This document shows, piece by piece, positions 37,803 to 50,040 of a stretch of 64,000 nucleotides of DNA. This stretch comes from Takakia lepidozioides (lineage: Eukaryota; Plantae; Bryophyta). Under the pieces are notes generated by a model. It did not search any database, was not told where the DNA came from, and saw only the letters and a program-made list of their open reading frames with translations. The stretch spans positions 69,068,001-69,132,000 of the forward strand of contig CM060731.1 in NCBI GenBank assembly GCA_030704615.1. Direction: 5' to 3'. The translations under genes and the position numbers were made by a program. Position 1 is the stretch's first letter, and each line of letters opens with the position of its first letter.

Positions 37803-38039
37803 CCCCCTAAAGTCTGCTGCTGCCACCCCTAAGGCTCCTGTTGGTCTCCGTCTGCACAAAATTAATGGTACCCCACAGAACCCGTAAAAGGTCTAAGTCC
37901 CAAGCAGCCCTCTAACAGGCCCCCTTGCTGGTGCTGGTCCTTGAGGACTTGTTGTAGTTTGGTGGAACTTCCACCAAGTGCTGGCCCCTGAGCACTCCCT
38001 GCTACTAGGCCAGCACATGGCCGTCACATTACAACCCCC

Positions 38040-38980
38040 GGACGGGAATTCGGCACCGAATATCCAACAGGCGCCGCCCGGATGAAGTCGCCTCGGGCGG
38101 AGAGGCCGGCACCTGTCCGACAGAGAACATCCCCCGGATGGAAATTCGGCGCCGAATTTCCATCCGGGCCCCCCCAAAGGAAGTCGTGTCGAGGGGTCAG
38201 GCCGAAAACTGGCCGACATAAAAACCTCCCCGGATGGAAAAACGGCGCCGAATTTACATCCGGGGCCGTTCGGATGCAGTCGGCTCGGGAGGAGAGGCCG
38301 GCACCTGGCCGTCACATTACAACCCCCAGACGGAAATTCGGCACCGAATATCCAACAGGGGGCGCCGGAATAAAGTCGACTCGGGCGGAGGGGATGGAAA
38401 ACCGGCGCCGAATTTCCATTCGGCATGTAATTGCAATCGCGGCTAGATGGAATTTTGGCAACGAATTTCCATGTAGGAACTAAGAGGGATGGAAAACAAG
38501 CAAGGAATTTCTCTCTTCCAGTCGAGAATTCCCTGAAAAACGTGTCTAAAAGTGGACTTCAGCCACCAAACTTACGGTTTAGTGTCTTTTTAGACCAAAA
38601 AAAAAAGCGGCCACGCTCAGAATTACCTGCAGGATGGTAATTCGGCGCTTCGACTTACTTGGCGGATGGAAATTCGGCGCCGAATTTCCATCCGGCCGCG
38701 CTCCGAGTTACCTGCACGAAGGAAATTCGGCGCCGGATTTCCATCCATCCGCGATCCGAATTACCTGCAGGATGGAAATTCGGCGCCGGATTTCCATCCA
38801 TCCTTGCTCCGAATTACCTGCAGGATGGAAATTCGGCGTCGGATTTCCATCCATCCGCGCTCCGAATTACCTGCATGATGGAAATTCGGCGTCGAATTTC
38901 CATCCATCCGCGCTCTGACTTACCTGGCGGACGGAAATTCGGCGCCGGATTTCAATCCATCCGCGCTCCGACTTACCAGG
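38040..38980. repeat. Palindrome arrays (GGATGGAAATTCGGCGCCGAATTTCCATCC): ~96-bp units followed by 53-bp tandem units
   Basis: Perfect 36-bp palindrome at 38133-38168. 53-bp units start at 38664, 38717, 38770, 38823, 38876, 38929. Confidence 0.92.
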
Positions 38981-39386
38981 GATTGCGCGCTTGCTTCCTT
39001 GATACGTCTTGGAAACCTGATGCTAAACTTGGATGAAGTTCTATTCGAGGCATGTACGCAAAAATAGTGAGATCTTTTTTCTTTTGCTGGGACTTATGCT
39101 GCGTGAAGGGCGTGGCTCTCCTGAGAGAGACCCCACATCCAGACCGCGGCGGAAGTTGAAGGCTTTGTACTACGGGCGACGGCCAACCTCTCGCATGGCC
39201 AAACTTAAGCTCCAGCAGGAGATTCCAGTGTCTTGCTCACAACCCGCGCCAACTGAAGCCAAGTACTCCCAGGCAAGCCACTTCTGCTTTCGTTTGGTTG
39301 TTTACTTCGTTTTTTGGTTTGTTTTCGCATCTTCACCTGGCATCGCTGAAAGAGAAAAGGCCACTGAAGAGGCCAGGGGTGCCGAA

Positions 39387-42300
39387 ATGACAGATGCCCA
39401 TGTAAGCGAGGGACGCACAGAGACGGTGGATCCCTCCAAGACACCACAAAGAGGCAGTAACACACCGGTTACACCATGGCGGACAAGAGCAGCCCCCACA
39501 ATTACCTATACGGTGGAGAGTGGAGGAGAGGAAAGAACACCACAAAGAGCACGGATTGTGTCGAGGTGAAGCCGGGGAGAGGGCAGTAGAAACGGGGAGA
39601 GTGCTCGAGGTGGTTTCGCCGGTGGTTGACCATGTTGAGGAGGACGACACCAAGCTTTCTGACTAGGATGACATCCTCCCGGACATCCCCAGGCCCCAAA
39701 CCCGCAGCATACAGGCTGGATTTGGCGGTCCTGGTGGGTTGCCAGAGAACCCCTCTGCAGCAGACGTTATGTCGAAGGCAGATATGAAGTTGGCCATTGC
39801 CAAGATGTTGGAGGCAACCCACAGCAACATTGGCAGGGTGCTGGGGGGCATGGTGTACCCGGCCAAGCTTCGAATTCCCCTTTGCCGCTTGGTGTCATTG
39901 CAGGTGGTGAGACCTGCCCTCCCAGGCGATATCGACAAGCTGAAATTCTCTTTCCGGGATGGATATCGAATGGGGTCTGCCGCGTTTTTACGTTTCCCAT
40001 TGAGAACGACCACGGAGCTTCCCGTGCCCACACTTCCGATGAGGTGGACAAATGGGTCCCCATTGGCAAAGGCGAAATGAGGAGTTCGAGAGATCGATTG
40101 CTACTGATCCTCTTTTCCAGCACTTGTCCGGAAAGATGTTTTACGTGTGGGACGGCAATCATCGCCTCCTGGCATGGATGGAGCGCATAGCCGAAGCCCA
40201 CCCCAACGACCTTGATTGGCATTTCGCCGTGGAGTGTGTTGTGCTGAAGGTTGCGGGGCCCAAAGATCGCAGTCTTCTCAAAGCTGCAATGGCAGACATC
40301 AACTCGTAAGTTACAACCCTCTTGCTTTTGGACCCAAAAATTTGTAAGTCATTTCATTGCGAATCCTCATATTTGTTCAAAATCCCATTTCAGTATTGTT
40401 TGATGGAAATGTGGCATTGCAGGGTGACTGAGAATGCCTTCATTGCCACCAACTTGTCCCATATGCTCTTCCGAGTGAAGGATGTCGGGAAAGCAGGGGG
40501 TGCAAGAGTTTGCCAATTCGCTCAGTGCCGACCTCCTCCGCAAGTCGGAGGCAAAGGCAGACAGAACCTGGTATAGGCTGAGCATGGACGCCATGGTGGA
40601 CTACATATTTCGGGTAAAGCTCCTGACTATTTTGTTGAGCTAATCTGTCTCTCCTCCCCAATAGAAGAAAAAGTGTTGAGCAGGATCTCTAATCTTATGT
40701 GCGCATTCTTGACAGACGAAAATTCAGCAGGATTTGGCACATGCGCGGACGTTCTACATGGAGTCAGAGGAGAAGAATCTAACCCTCCCGGCACTTGAAT
40801 CGTATCTCAAAGCTGCGGAGGCCAGGGCCCGCATAAAGTAAAGTCGCGGATGGTAAAGTACGTCGCAATAGCTGATCCCGCCCTTGGTGCCGATTTTCTG
40901 GTGGAGGTGGGGAAGCACTACTCCCGCGCTCTGAAGCCCACGTTGACATTGGAGAAGCTCCATCGTCTAGCCACATCCTGTGTGGATGCAACAGAAAAGG
41001 TGATACATTCTTAACCAAATTGTGGTGGCAACAACTCGTTTTTTGTGGTGTTTGGTGCTTACGAATATGCTGGGTGGTTGGACAGACCCGGTGGCTCCAA
41101 ATCTGGAATGGTTCCCAAAGTACAAGGGACATGTGGAGCTTCCCCAAACCGGACAAACTGTCTGACCCGACATTTGACATGTGGATGAACCGCATGACAT
41201 GGTGGTTTCAGGTACTTCCCCACGCTTCGTTTGGCGCTTCTACTCTTGTAGGGGGTGGATTCATTGTATTTTTTCAGGAAAGCGATCTGATGGAGAATCT
41301 CCACAGGTGATGACGTATGCGCAAGAGCAGCTGGACACACAAGCACATCAGTTCAAGATGGAGATTTCTCCTGCAGCAGAGAGCCTACGCGACTATGTGA
41401 CGAGGTACTTTCTGCTGTACAAAACCGACCTATTCTTTCGGGAGATACCCCATGCCCGCCGGAGCCACGAGTTCACCCGACCACCGAACGCAGACAAAGC
41501 AGCAATGCGCTTCTGTACAGGTACATACGCGATGCCTTCCTTTCAAGTCCATGCATTTCAGGATGTTAGAGGCCTCATGTGGCGCATAAAAATTGGTCCT
41601 TTGAAAAATGACACCGAATTTCCAGTCCAGGGCACCCAAAATGGCTAAGTCCCTAGTGTGGCTGGCACCGAAAACCGAAATTCAGCGCCATTTTTCCAGT
41701 TCAAGGCCCAGTCAGTTCTGGGACTTGGCCATTTTCGGGCCGGACCTGGGAAAATGGCGCCGAATTTCCAGTTCAGGGCTCCCCAAATGGCTAAGTCCCT
41801 AGGGTGGCTGGCACCGAAAACTGAAATTCGGCGCCATTTTTCCAATTCCAGGGCCAGTCAGTTCAGGGACTTAGCCATTTCCGGCCGGACCTGGGAAATG
41901 GCGCCAAATTTCCAGTTCAGGGCTCCCAAAATGACTAAGTCCCTAGGGTGGCTGCACCGAAAACCGAAATTCGGCGCCATTTTCAATTTCCAGGGCCAGT
42001 CAGTTCAAGGACTTAGCCATTTTCGGGCCGGACCTGGGAAAATGGCGCTGAATTTCCAGTTCAGGGCTCCCAAATGACTAAGTCCCTAGGGTGGCTGGCA
42101 CCGAACCGAAATTCGGCGCCATTTTTCCAATTCCAGGGCCAGTCAGTTCAGGAACTTAGCCATTTTCGGCCCGGACCAAGGAAAATGGCGCCGAATTTCC
42201 AGTTCAGGGCTCCCAAAATGGCTGTCCCTAGCGTGGCTAGCACCGAAAACCGAAATTCGGCGCCATTTTTCCAGTTCTAGGCCCAGTCAGTTCCGCCCCA

Positions 42301-44361
42301 ACCTGGGAAAATGGTGCCGAATTTCTAGTTCAGGGACCTCATTCTGTGTTTTTCATGAATGCAGGTACTGCAATTTCTCGCTTTGGAGAAATGTCATTTG
42401 TCTTTCGAGCCACCATTCTTCCTGGCATGGAGGAACCCTGGGGCTGACTCCATGTACACTGACATTATTGTGAAGGAGTGGCATCTGGAACATTTGCGTG
42501 ATTGCCCTTGGTATGTGGACCTTCCGCCCGGCTTGCTTGACCCATCTGAGTTTCAATTGAAGCTGGATGCTGAGGCCCGACGAAACCGGGCTCCGCTGCC
42601 TCCGCTGTGTCCAAAAGAGGCAAAAGTGCTTGCCAACTCCAGGAAAGCGGCAGAGCTTGCTCAGGCAGGAATTCAGGAGAAATTGAATGAGAAGAATAAA
42701 GGCCAAAGGAAAAGGACAAGGAAACAGGTGAGTACAGTAACACCCAAAAAACAGAAAACCATCGGGGCATCGGAGGAGGCGCAGGAGGGGACCCGAGGGA
42801 GTGACTCGGACGACGACTTTGTTCAAGGTCCTGCGACTGCTGCTGCTGCTACCAAGTCACTGGTCGTCCGGGTTCCCAAGTCAGTTCGGAGTGGGACTGG
42901 CTCTGCCAAGAAGTTGGCATTTGAGGGCTACACGGCGGTATTCGGCGATGACGTTTACGCACAGGCCAAAGCTAGAACCTCCAACCATCATCCAATGCGT
43001 CAATGAGAGCTTCCTTGACGCTCTCGTTGCCAGGGCGAAGAAGGTGGCACACAGCAAGTCTCTGGCGGAGCAGAAGGGGAAAGCCAAGAAGAGGGCTGCC
43101 GGTACAGAGCCTAAAGACACCCCTGGTTTTGAAGCCATGATGGAATTCTTCACAGCTGTGAGCATGGATTGCAAGAGCACTCGGGGGGGGGGGTTGAGGT
43201 GGAGAGAGCTTGCGATATGATTCTCCTCGACATTCCAGATGGGAAGCTGCTGGAGGGCCTGGATGGTGTGCCCAACTGGAACAGGTTTACTGAGGACTAC
43301 TGGAAAGCCGGGTTTGGGCTGGCGGGGATGCTCCTGGATGACGGTGGATGTGTGGTTGTCATTGCCACAAGAGGGAAGACCACAGAGAATGCGGTGGCAA
43401 GATGGACACCGAAAAGTGTCACCCCGGTCCTCCTCAGAAAATGGTTCTGCATCAATACACAGGGGTTGCGAACAGAGGGCCAAAGTGTAAGTTATCAATC
43501 TATTGCATTCACCTCATATTGTGGTGTATCTAAACTAGATCCCGGAGTTGATCCCTCTTTTGTTGGATGTGCAGACATTGGTGTTTGAGGCATATTGCTT
43601 TATGAAGAGAGGGTCTACGTTCAAATTCCGCAACGACGGTCGTCTTGTTGATGCCGCTGTGGACCTTGTTACCTACAATGTCCTCTACAACTATGTGCCC
43701 CACTCCAGTATGTCGAAGGACACAAAGATAGGCAAACCGTGGCGGTAGAGCCGGACCCGGGGCCCTGCTTTCATCCAAACCCTCATGGAGACGTGCTCGG
43801 ATGTCCAAGGGCGGATTCTTGACCTCACATGTGGCACGGGTAAGCCTTCACGTGCTCAGTTTGTCCCCTGGCCCGATTGCAATTGCATGTCGCAAGCTAT
43901 TAACTGCCCGCTTTGTTCCTCAGGTGCTTCAATGTGGGCAGGGACGTTGTCCGATAGGCATGTGTTTGTCTTCGAGCCAGATACTGCCCTCCACAACTCG
44001 GAACTTGCAGCGGCTGAACGTCTGCGAGGAGCCCCCGGTTTACGAGTGAGTGGTCGCATTGTAAGTTGCCTCCAGATTTCGTGAGGCACCTCCCTTCGCT
44101 CTCTTATTTCATTGAAAACCCTTTCTGCTTCTGCTAGTATTGACATTCTTGAAGTGGATTTGTTCTTACTGTAGGATGTCAAGTACTGCAGGAGGGACGT
44201 CTACACCGGAGTTCATGGGCAGGAGGAACATGCCTTTTTTTGCCAAGGGGGATCTTGAGTCGTGCATTGAATCTTCCTTAGATCGAAGGTGTATATTTAA
44301 GAGGCTCTCTGTGAATAAGGAGCTACACATAACATGGAGGTACCAAGATGGCTCCTTCTAA
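39387..44361 (+). pseudogene. ParB/Srx-like + beta-class N6A/N4C DNA methyltransferase-like fusion gene, copy 2 (multi-exon; frameshifts and a stop at 43746)
   Basis: KMFYVWDGNHRLLAWM (~40135-40180). CDMILLDIPDG (~43211-43243). PAFIQTLMETCSDVQGRILDLTCGT|GASMWAGTLSDRHVFVFEPD (43764-43982) matches the motif X/I pattern LIE..S..G..VLDPF.GSG.T..A....R.....E. Confidence 0.8.
41600..42335. repeat. Intronic tandem repeat, ~145-bp unit x ~5, each unit carrying two inverted imperfect copies of the copy-2 palindrome
   Basis: ATG(G/A)CTAAGTCCCTAG-like anchors at 41641, 41787, 41931, 42074, 42218. GAAATTCGGCGCCATTTTTC and GAAAATGGCGCCGAATTTC in each unit. Lies inside the GT-AG intron 41521-42364. Confidence 0.9.
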
Positions 44362-47300
44362 GAGACCTCCAATTTACCTAAGAATATTGAGACCAACATA
44401 ATAATTCGTCAGCAAAGAGACATGGAATTTTTTTTCGTGGTCTCGCTTCTATTCAGCTGTCATGACTCTCAACCCCTACCATGCTTGTACTATATCATAG
44501 CAATCCAAATGATTATTCTGTCCAACAAAAGCTGTGAAAAGTGGTGAAAAGTAGCTTGTTGTGACGGTAAATACCTTCAGAGTGCACCACTTACAACCTC
44601 TCAGCAAGCAAACAAATTGAGAAGCTAATAAGTAGACCGAATAACACAGGTGACTATATGAACATCTGGAGAAACTGATGAGGGGCTAGCCAATCTAGTG
44701 AGACAGGCATGACAAACCGCAAGAGGCGATTTACCTTTGATCGATAGCCAGTCCTTTCACTCTTATAATCGTAACTGGTCAATACATCCTTTTGATTACC
44801 AGCTGACTTTTAGGGACCAGGGTTTGGCACACATGCTCTGCAGATCGGCCAAATGCTCAGAGTAACACTCGAATTTTGATTACATGTTGTCCGCCACACC
44901 TCAGTGGTACTGCTTTACACCAAAATACATATTCGTCGTCGCCTTCGGCTTGGGGTCCTCAAATCAAGACCGCCCACCACTCAGGGCCTTCCTCTATACT
45001 TATTTGTGAATATTGCACCACGTCACGCAGACTCACTGGTCCTGGTGGCTTGCGGAGTATAAGCACCTTGCGTTGGTGGCCAATAGAGCGTAACTGTTAA
45101 CGCAGCTTGCCCGGCTGGCAAGGTGCTTACAAAATGTAAGCTTCGCTCCTTTTAAAAAAAAACTCCTTACGTTTGGTACAAAAACCAGGGTGTCGATCTT
45201 CACTGCTGTTTCACTGGTATTTGACCTAAGCCCAAGCCCTCAGGGCAAGGGGCTCATACCAGTGAGTACATAATTCCTGAAATGCATCTTGCATAACGTT
45301 TAGAGAACATGATTTAGGCCGGGATTGTGTTGTTTCGTTGGAAGCTTAAAGTCACTTCTTTCGAATGTGATACACAAAGTCAATGATGGAGGTTGCCCAC
45401 AAGTTGTCAGGTTCAACACTTTCCATTCACTGGCAAAAAAAACTATGGACACACTAGGCATCATTCATTCTTTCCATACCGAGCGGTTCTGATTGCTTCT
45501 AATTTTAGGAAACTAATAGCCCCAGTTGGCGTTATTAAATTTAATATGTCTAGATATAATGGGCGATTTTCATCAAATAACTGTGGGTATTGAGTAGTTC
45601 TTTACAAGGTTCTTTGCTTGGTTATTTGAATGCCCAGACCACCACCCGTTCGTAACCCGTTACGCGGTTACTTGGTTTTCCCGTCCCCAGGTCATATATA
45701 TATATATATAGAACTGGGTGGGTATTAGAGAAAATTTTAAATAACCACTGAACGTTGGCTCATACCTCCGGAGCACCTTGCCCCTGTTCTTTACCCTCCA
45801 GATTGCAAAGACTGGATAACATCCAAACCAACCACCCAGGGGGAGCTTAACCCTTAAGTGTCCAGGACGACATGGTGTGAAAATGAGACCCTGGCCTACC
45901 AAATCTTTTGAACCTTTCAGTTTCTGAGTCCCTATAAAACAATCGTTGAATTCCCTGCCCACCTACACCATCTATTACCTCAAAATCTTTCAGCCATATC
46001 CAACGGCCAGATTAGAAGATTCTAACTTCAAGATGGGGCCCCAAAAAAGATCGTTCCTAAAAATGAAGGGCATAAAAAAACCCAAACAATTGCCAAATTG
46101 GGCAGTTTTCTCTTCGCATGATATGAGAGTCTTGGGAATTGTGTGCCTCACATGATAACACACTTCCCTGAAATTTTCACTTTTTTCTGACCTGTTTTTA
46201 TCCGGGCTGCTTTCTACTCACAAACTGGGGGGGGGGTGGTGTCAAAAAACCCAATTTAGTGGGCAGGCCAAAATTTGCGCTGTGAAATTATGTAGGACAA
46301 ATCTACCATCCAATTTAGTATGGCTGCGGTCCACGTCATCCCTGCATGCCAAGGTTGTCTGAGAAAAAAAAATAAAAATCAATTGGGCAGTTTTTAGGCC
46401 ATTTTTTTTTGGAAACCCTTACCATAACCTGACCTCCACGTTTGCCACACAAGCAACTCGGGCACAATGACTTAGCAAAAACAGGCCAAAAAAGCTGAGT
46501 TATGTTTTGGTCGCTTTGTGTTAATAGCAATAACAGGTTTGCCGAGCAGTTCAGCAAGCCGTGAGCCTTGTCAACAAAACGAAGCTACGACTAAAAGTAG
46601 GAACTGAATCTTCATAACTAATGATCCTACTTCCTGTTCATATACAAATTTTGAACAGTAAGCCCAGATTTTTGCTATGGATGACTCCACAATGTCATCA
46701 TAAAAACAGTCTGGCATCAATCTGGTTCATGACAACCCAGCATCTAGGGCTCAAACTCACATAAAGCCCAACAAGATCCAAACGATGTCTCATAATATTC
46801 CACAGGACAATGTTTGGTGAACTATACCTTCTTCTCGTCCGTTTTCCTACAATTCCGATGAGAATAGAATCCCCCAAGTTTGCGTGGGCCCTATCCATTA
46901 GAGGATGGTCTAGGGGAATACATGGTAAGCTACACAAGGATTTGAAGAAATAACCATGTCTAAGGGGGTCCAAAAAAAAGATGGTAGGAAGGCGACAACT
47001 ATTATATGGAGGATGGTTCAGGTGCCAAATTGGGGTTGTCAAGTGGTGTTTTCTAGGGATGACGTGTGGGGTAAATCTAGAAAGGTTGATAGGGTCATGC
47101 TGCAGCCTCGAGAGGGTAATAATAATATTTAATAGAATAAACAAGCTCCCCCAAAAGAAATCTCCAAACCCCTGAGAATCTCCAAACCCACATGTTGAAT
47201 GGTATGATAACACAAAGGATTTGTTGTACAACGGCCGCCCATGAGAATGTGATCTTGCTCACCAGAGTTGGTATCATTAGCAAATGTAAGATACTTTACA

Positions 47301-47661
47301 ATGTATATTGTATATTGCTACTACTACTGTCCAAGCCAAACTTTGTCTCAATCTCTACCCCATAAACTGCCCTACTTTCATGCGATGTTATAAAATTCAT
47401 TATGTTATTTGGGCGGCGGCTTTCAGCTTTATGGCCAAGTGGGTCTAACGGGGTCTTTTTTTGCCAAGGTTTGGGCCATTTCACAAATAGCACCAAAGAT
47501 AAAATGGAGGATGGTTCAGGCACCAAATTGGGGTTGTCAAGTGGTGTTTTCTAGGGGTGACGTGTGGGGCAAATCTAGAAAGGTCTCTGACCACTCCATG
47601 GGGTGTCTCTTCACCCCCGAAGGGTTACTGCCTTCCCCTAGAAAGGTGGACACCTTTGTGA

Positions 47662-47730
47662 CACCAAGGGTGGATTGAACTCACAACCACTTCTAATGTG
47701 GTATGTGCCGATTACCACTGGGCTACTTGG
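47662..47730 (-). mobile_element. tRNA-derived SINE head (degenerate)
   Basis: Minus-strand A-box-like TAGCCCAGTGGT and B-box-like GAGTTCAATCC. Confidence 0.4.
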
Positions 47731-48240
47731 TTGTTCCCGAGAGGGTATATAAACGAGAAGAGCCCTCTCCTCCCCTGCCTCTTATTAAGTTAGTACCTAT
47801 TTTAGTGGGCTCTGTACAGGCAAGGCCCCAAAAAAAGACGCTATATTAAGTAACAGAACAACTAAGGCAGGGTTTCTTTCAAGGATTTACCAGAGGCCGT
47901 GAAGGATTACAGTGGGGATACCACCCAATGGCCAACAAATCAAGAAACAGTAAATAGTAGGTGGGCTTGCAAGATTGGGTTTAAAGTTTTCCTTTGTTTT
48001 TTTTAATCTGCACTTCTGTTTTTTATTTTAAGTTTGAAAGGGGAGGGATGCCCCTCGAACTTTATTTGGGATTGTTAGGAGGAAAAAAATTCAAACCTCC
48101 GGGCAAACCATAAGGCTACCACGCTGCAACCAAGCTCACGAAACCATTTTTCATTTAAAATATGAGAAAGTTCCAACTTCTAGAGAATGTCGTCCTGTTT
48201 CATTGGTGGAAAATATTATTCGGTTTCTCTATATCTTTAA

Positions 48241-49074
48241 CCCCTAAAGGCCAGAACGACCCAAATTGGGTCGCAGCCGTTTTCATCCACGGAATAACTG
48301 CCATGGATGAAAGAAGACGAAAAAAACTGTCTGAATGAAAAGTGAGCGCCGGAATTAGTGCCACACGCTCCACTTTACTACGCCCCCAAAAACCCAAAAT
48401 TCCACCTACTATGATTTTTCAAAGATCAGGGGTACCCCAGATCCATGGATCTGAGACGGCCGCAGTTGACCTGCTGATGTGGCCTCTCCCTGAGATGGAA
48501 GTGATTGGAAAAGTCACAAAAAACCCCATCTACTGAGCAGTTTTTGGTTTTTTGGGAAAAGTTTTGGGCACTCTTGTTGCCCTGTGGGCCTTGCAAGATT
48601 GCACCGGAGGAAACTTGATTTTGAAAAAAACTCCATGAGCTATGTGGATCTTCTTTTTCCAGTGTAGTTTTTCTTCCATTGAACCCCCCTGGTTGCACAT
48701 ACAAAGGTGCCATATTGTTTTTTAGGGAATTTGGCCCTCAAATTTCTTGAGGACATCTATAACCCTGCAAAGATTGTGACTGAGTTGGTCTGCCCCCAGA
48801 AAAAATCTCTGTCAGGGCAAATTTGCTTGGTCAATCAAAAATTTTCCCTAAAAACTTCCTTGGAGTTGAAAAAACCCTTGGTAAATTATTATAATATCCC
48901 AAACGGAACGGTCAATTCTTCCCAAATTTGCACAGTACCTGGATGTGGTAAGTAACTATCACTTAGTAAGGTTCATTTCCGTGGATGAACTCTTGCTAGC
49001 AGATATGGCCTGGGAGGTGACAGTGGGTCCCATTTTTGAGATGGATCCCCAAAAACACTCTCGGGGCTTAGGGG
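48241..49074. mobile_element. piggyBac-type non-autonomous element A (834 bp)
   Basis: TTAA-CCCCTAA ... TTAGGGG-TTAA. Its left end is homologous to the right end of element B (CCCCTAA.GG.C...CGACCCA..T.GGGT.GC). Confidence 0.6.
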
Positions 49075-49078
49075 TTAA

Positions 49079-49917
49079 CCCCTAATGGATGAGGCAGTTT
49101 TTGGTGGGCCCCCTCCAAAACAAGACATACCCTCACGGATGAGGGTATATCTCTCAGGAAACTAACATCCGCAGGGATGAACCTTATGAATGGGAGGCTA
49201 CCTACTTCATCCAGCTTCTGTGAAAATTTCAGCTCAATCCACCGTGTCGTTTGGAAGATTATAAGAAATTTGCAAGCCCCAAATTTGGGGTACATTTAGA
49301 GTGGAAAAATGGTTTGATCAGGAAATTGGATCGACAAAAAAAAAATTCCTCACAAAACCCCATCCAGATTCCAATTATGTGGCACCTAAAGCATGTTGCC
49401 CCAAAATTTCAAAGCAGAATTCCAAAATCTTGAGAAGGTTCTTTGTATGGAAAAACAGGGGGGTCAAAACACACCATGAACCTCAAATAACATTTAATTC
49501 AGGCTTAGGGGGTTGAAATTTCCTTGGAATCACAATTGCTGCGGTGAAAGTGTTCCTTGAATGATGAACTACTACCTCCAAAAAGAAATTCAGAATTCTA
49601 ACAAAAATTCAGGCAGAGATTTGCATTTGTTTCCAATTGTATTTTTGCCTTGTTGTCACCCCTTCAGCCTGCCACGTCACTAAGTCAAAGCTGTTGGACG
49701 ACCAATTTTGGGCACCCCTGCACACTAAAAAAATTACTGACGGCAGGGCTTTCATTATTTTAGGGTGCCATAAAGACGGGCAGGTGCATGACATCAAGGT
49801 GCACAACTTTCGTTCAGAAAGTTTTTTCATCCAAGGTCATCCAACGATTTGCCATCGTGGATGATTTCTGACACGACCCTGACGCTACCCGAAATGGGTC
49901 GCCTCGTCCATTAGGGG
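49079..49917. mobile_element. piggyBac-type non-autonomous element B (839 bp)
   Basis: TIRs CCCCTAATGGATGAGGC / GCCTCGTCCATTAGGGG (1 mismatch in 17), TTAA at 49075-49078 and 49918-49921. Confidence 0.75.
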
Positions 49918-49975
49918 TTAAGAAACAGAGTGATATCCGTGCCAAGATCGTCTATTTAGTGCAAAATGAACCAAC

Positions 49976-50040
49976 AGTCAGTAGCTCAGTTGGTTAAGTG
50001 AACTGAGTGCCACCCTAATGATTTTGGGGTCAAATCTTGC
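49976..50040 (+). mobile_element. tRNA-derived SINE head (degenerate)
   Basis: A box TAGCTCAGTTGGTT and B-box-like GGGTCAAATC; no complete cloverleaf. Confidence 0.4.

Noticed and set aside
49068-49086. Interstitial telomere fusion (TTAGGGG-TTAA-CCCCTAA)
   Set aside because: Single units, better explained as two abutting TIRs around a TTAA target
49976-50040. True tRNA gene (also 47662-47730 and ~30670-30730)
   Set aside because: Only A/B-box-like motifs; acceptor and anticodon stems do not fold
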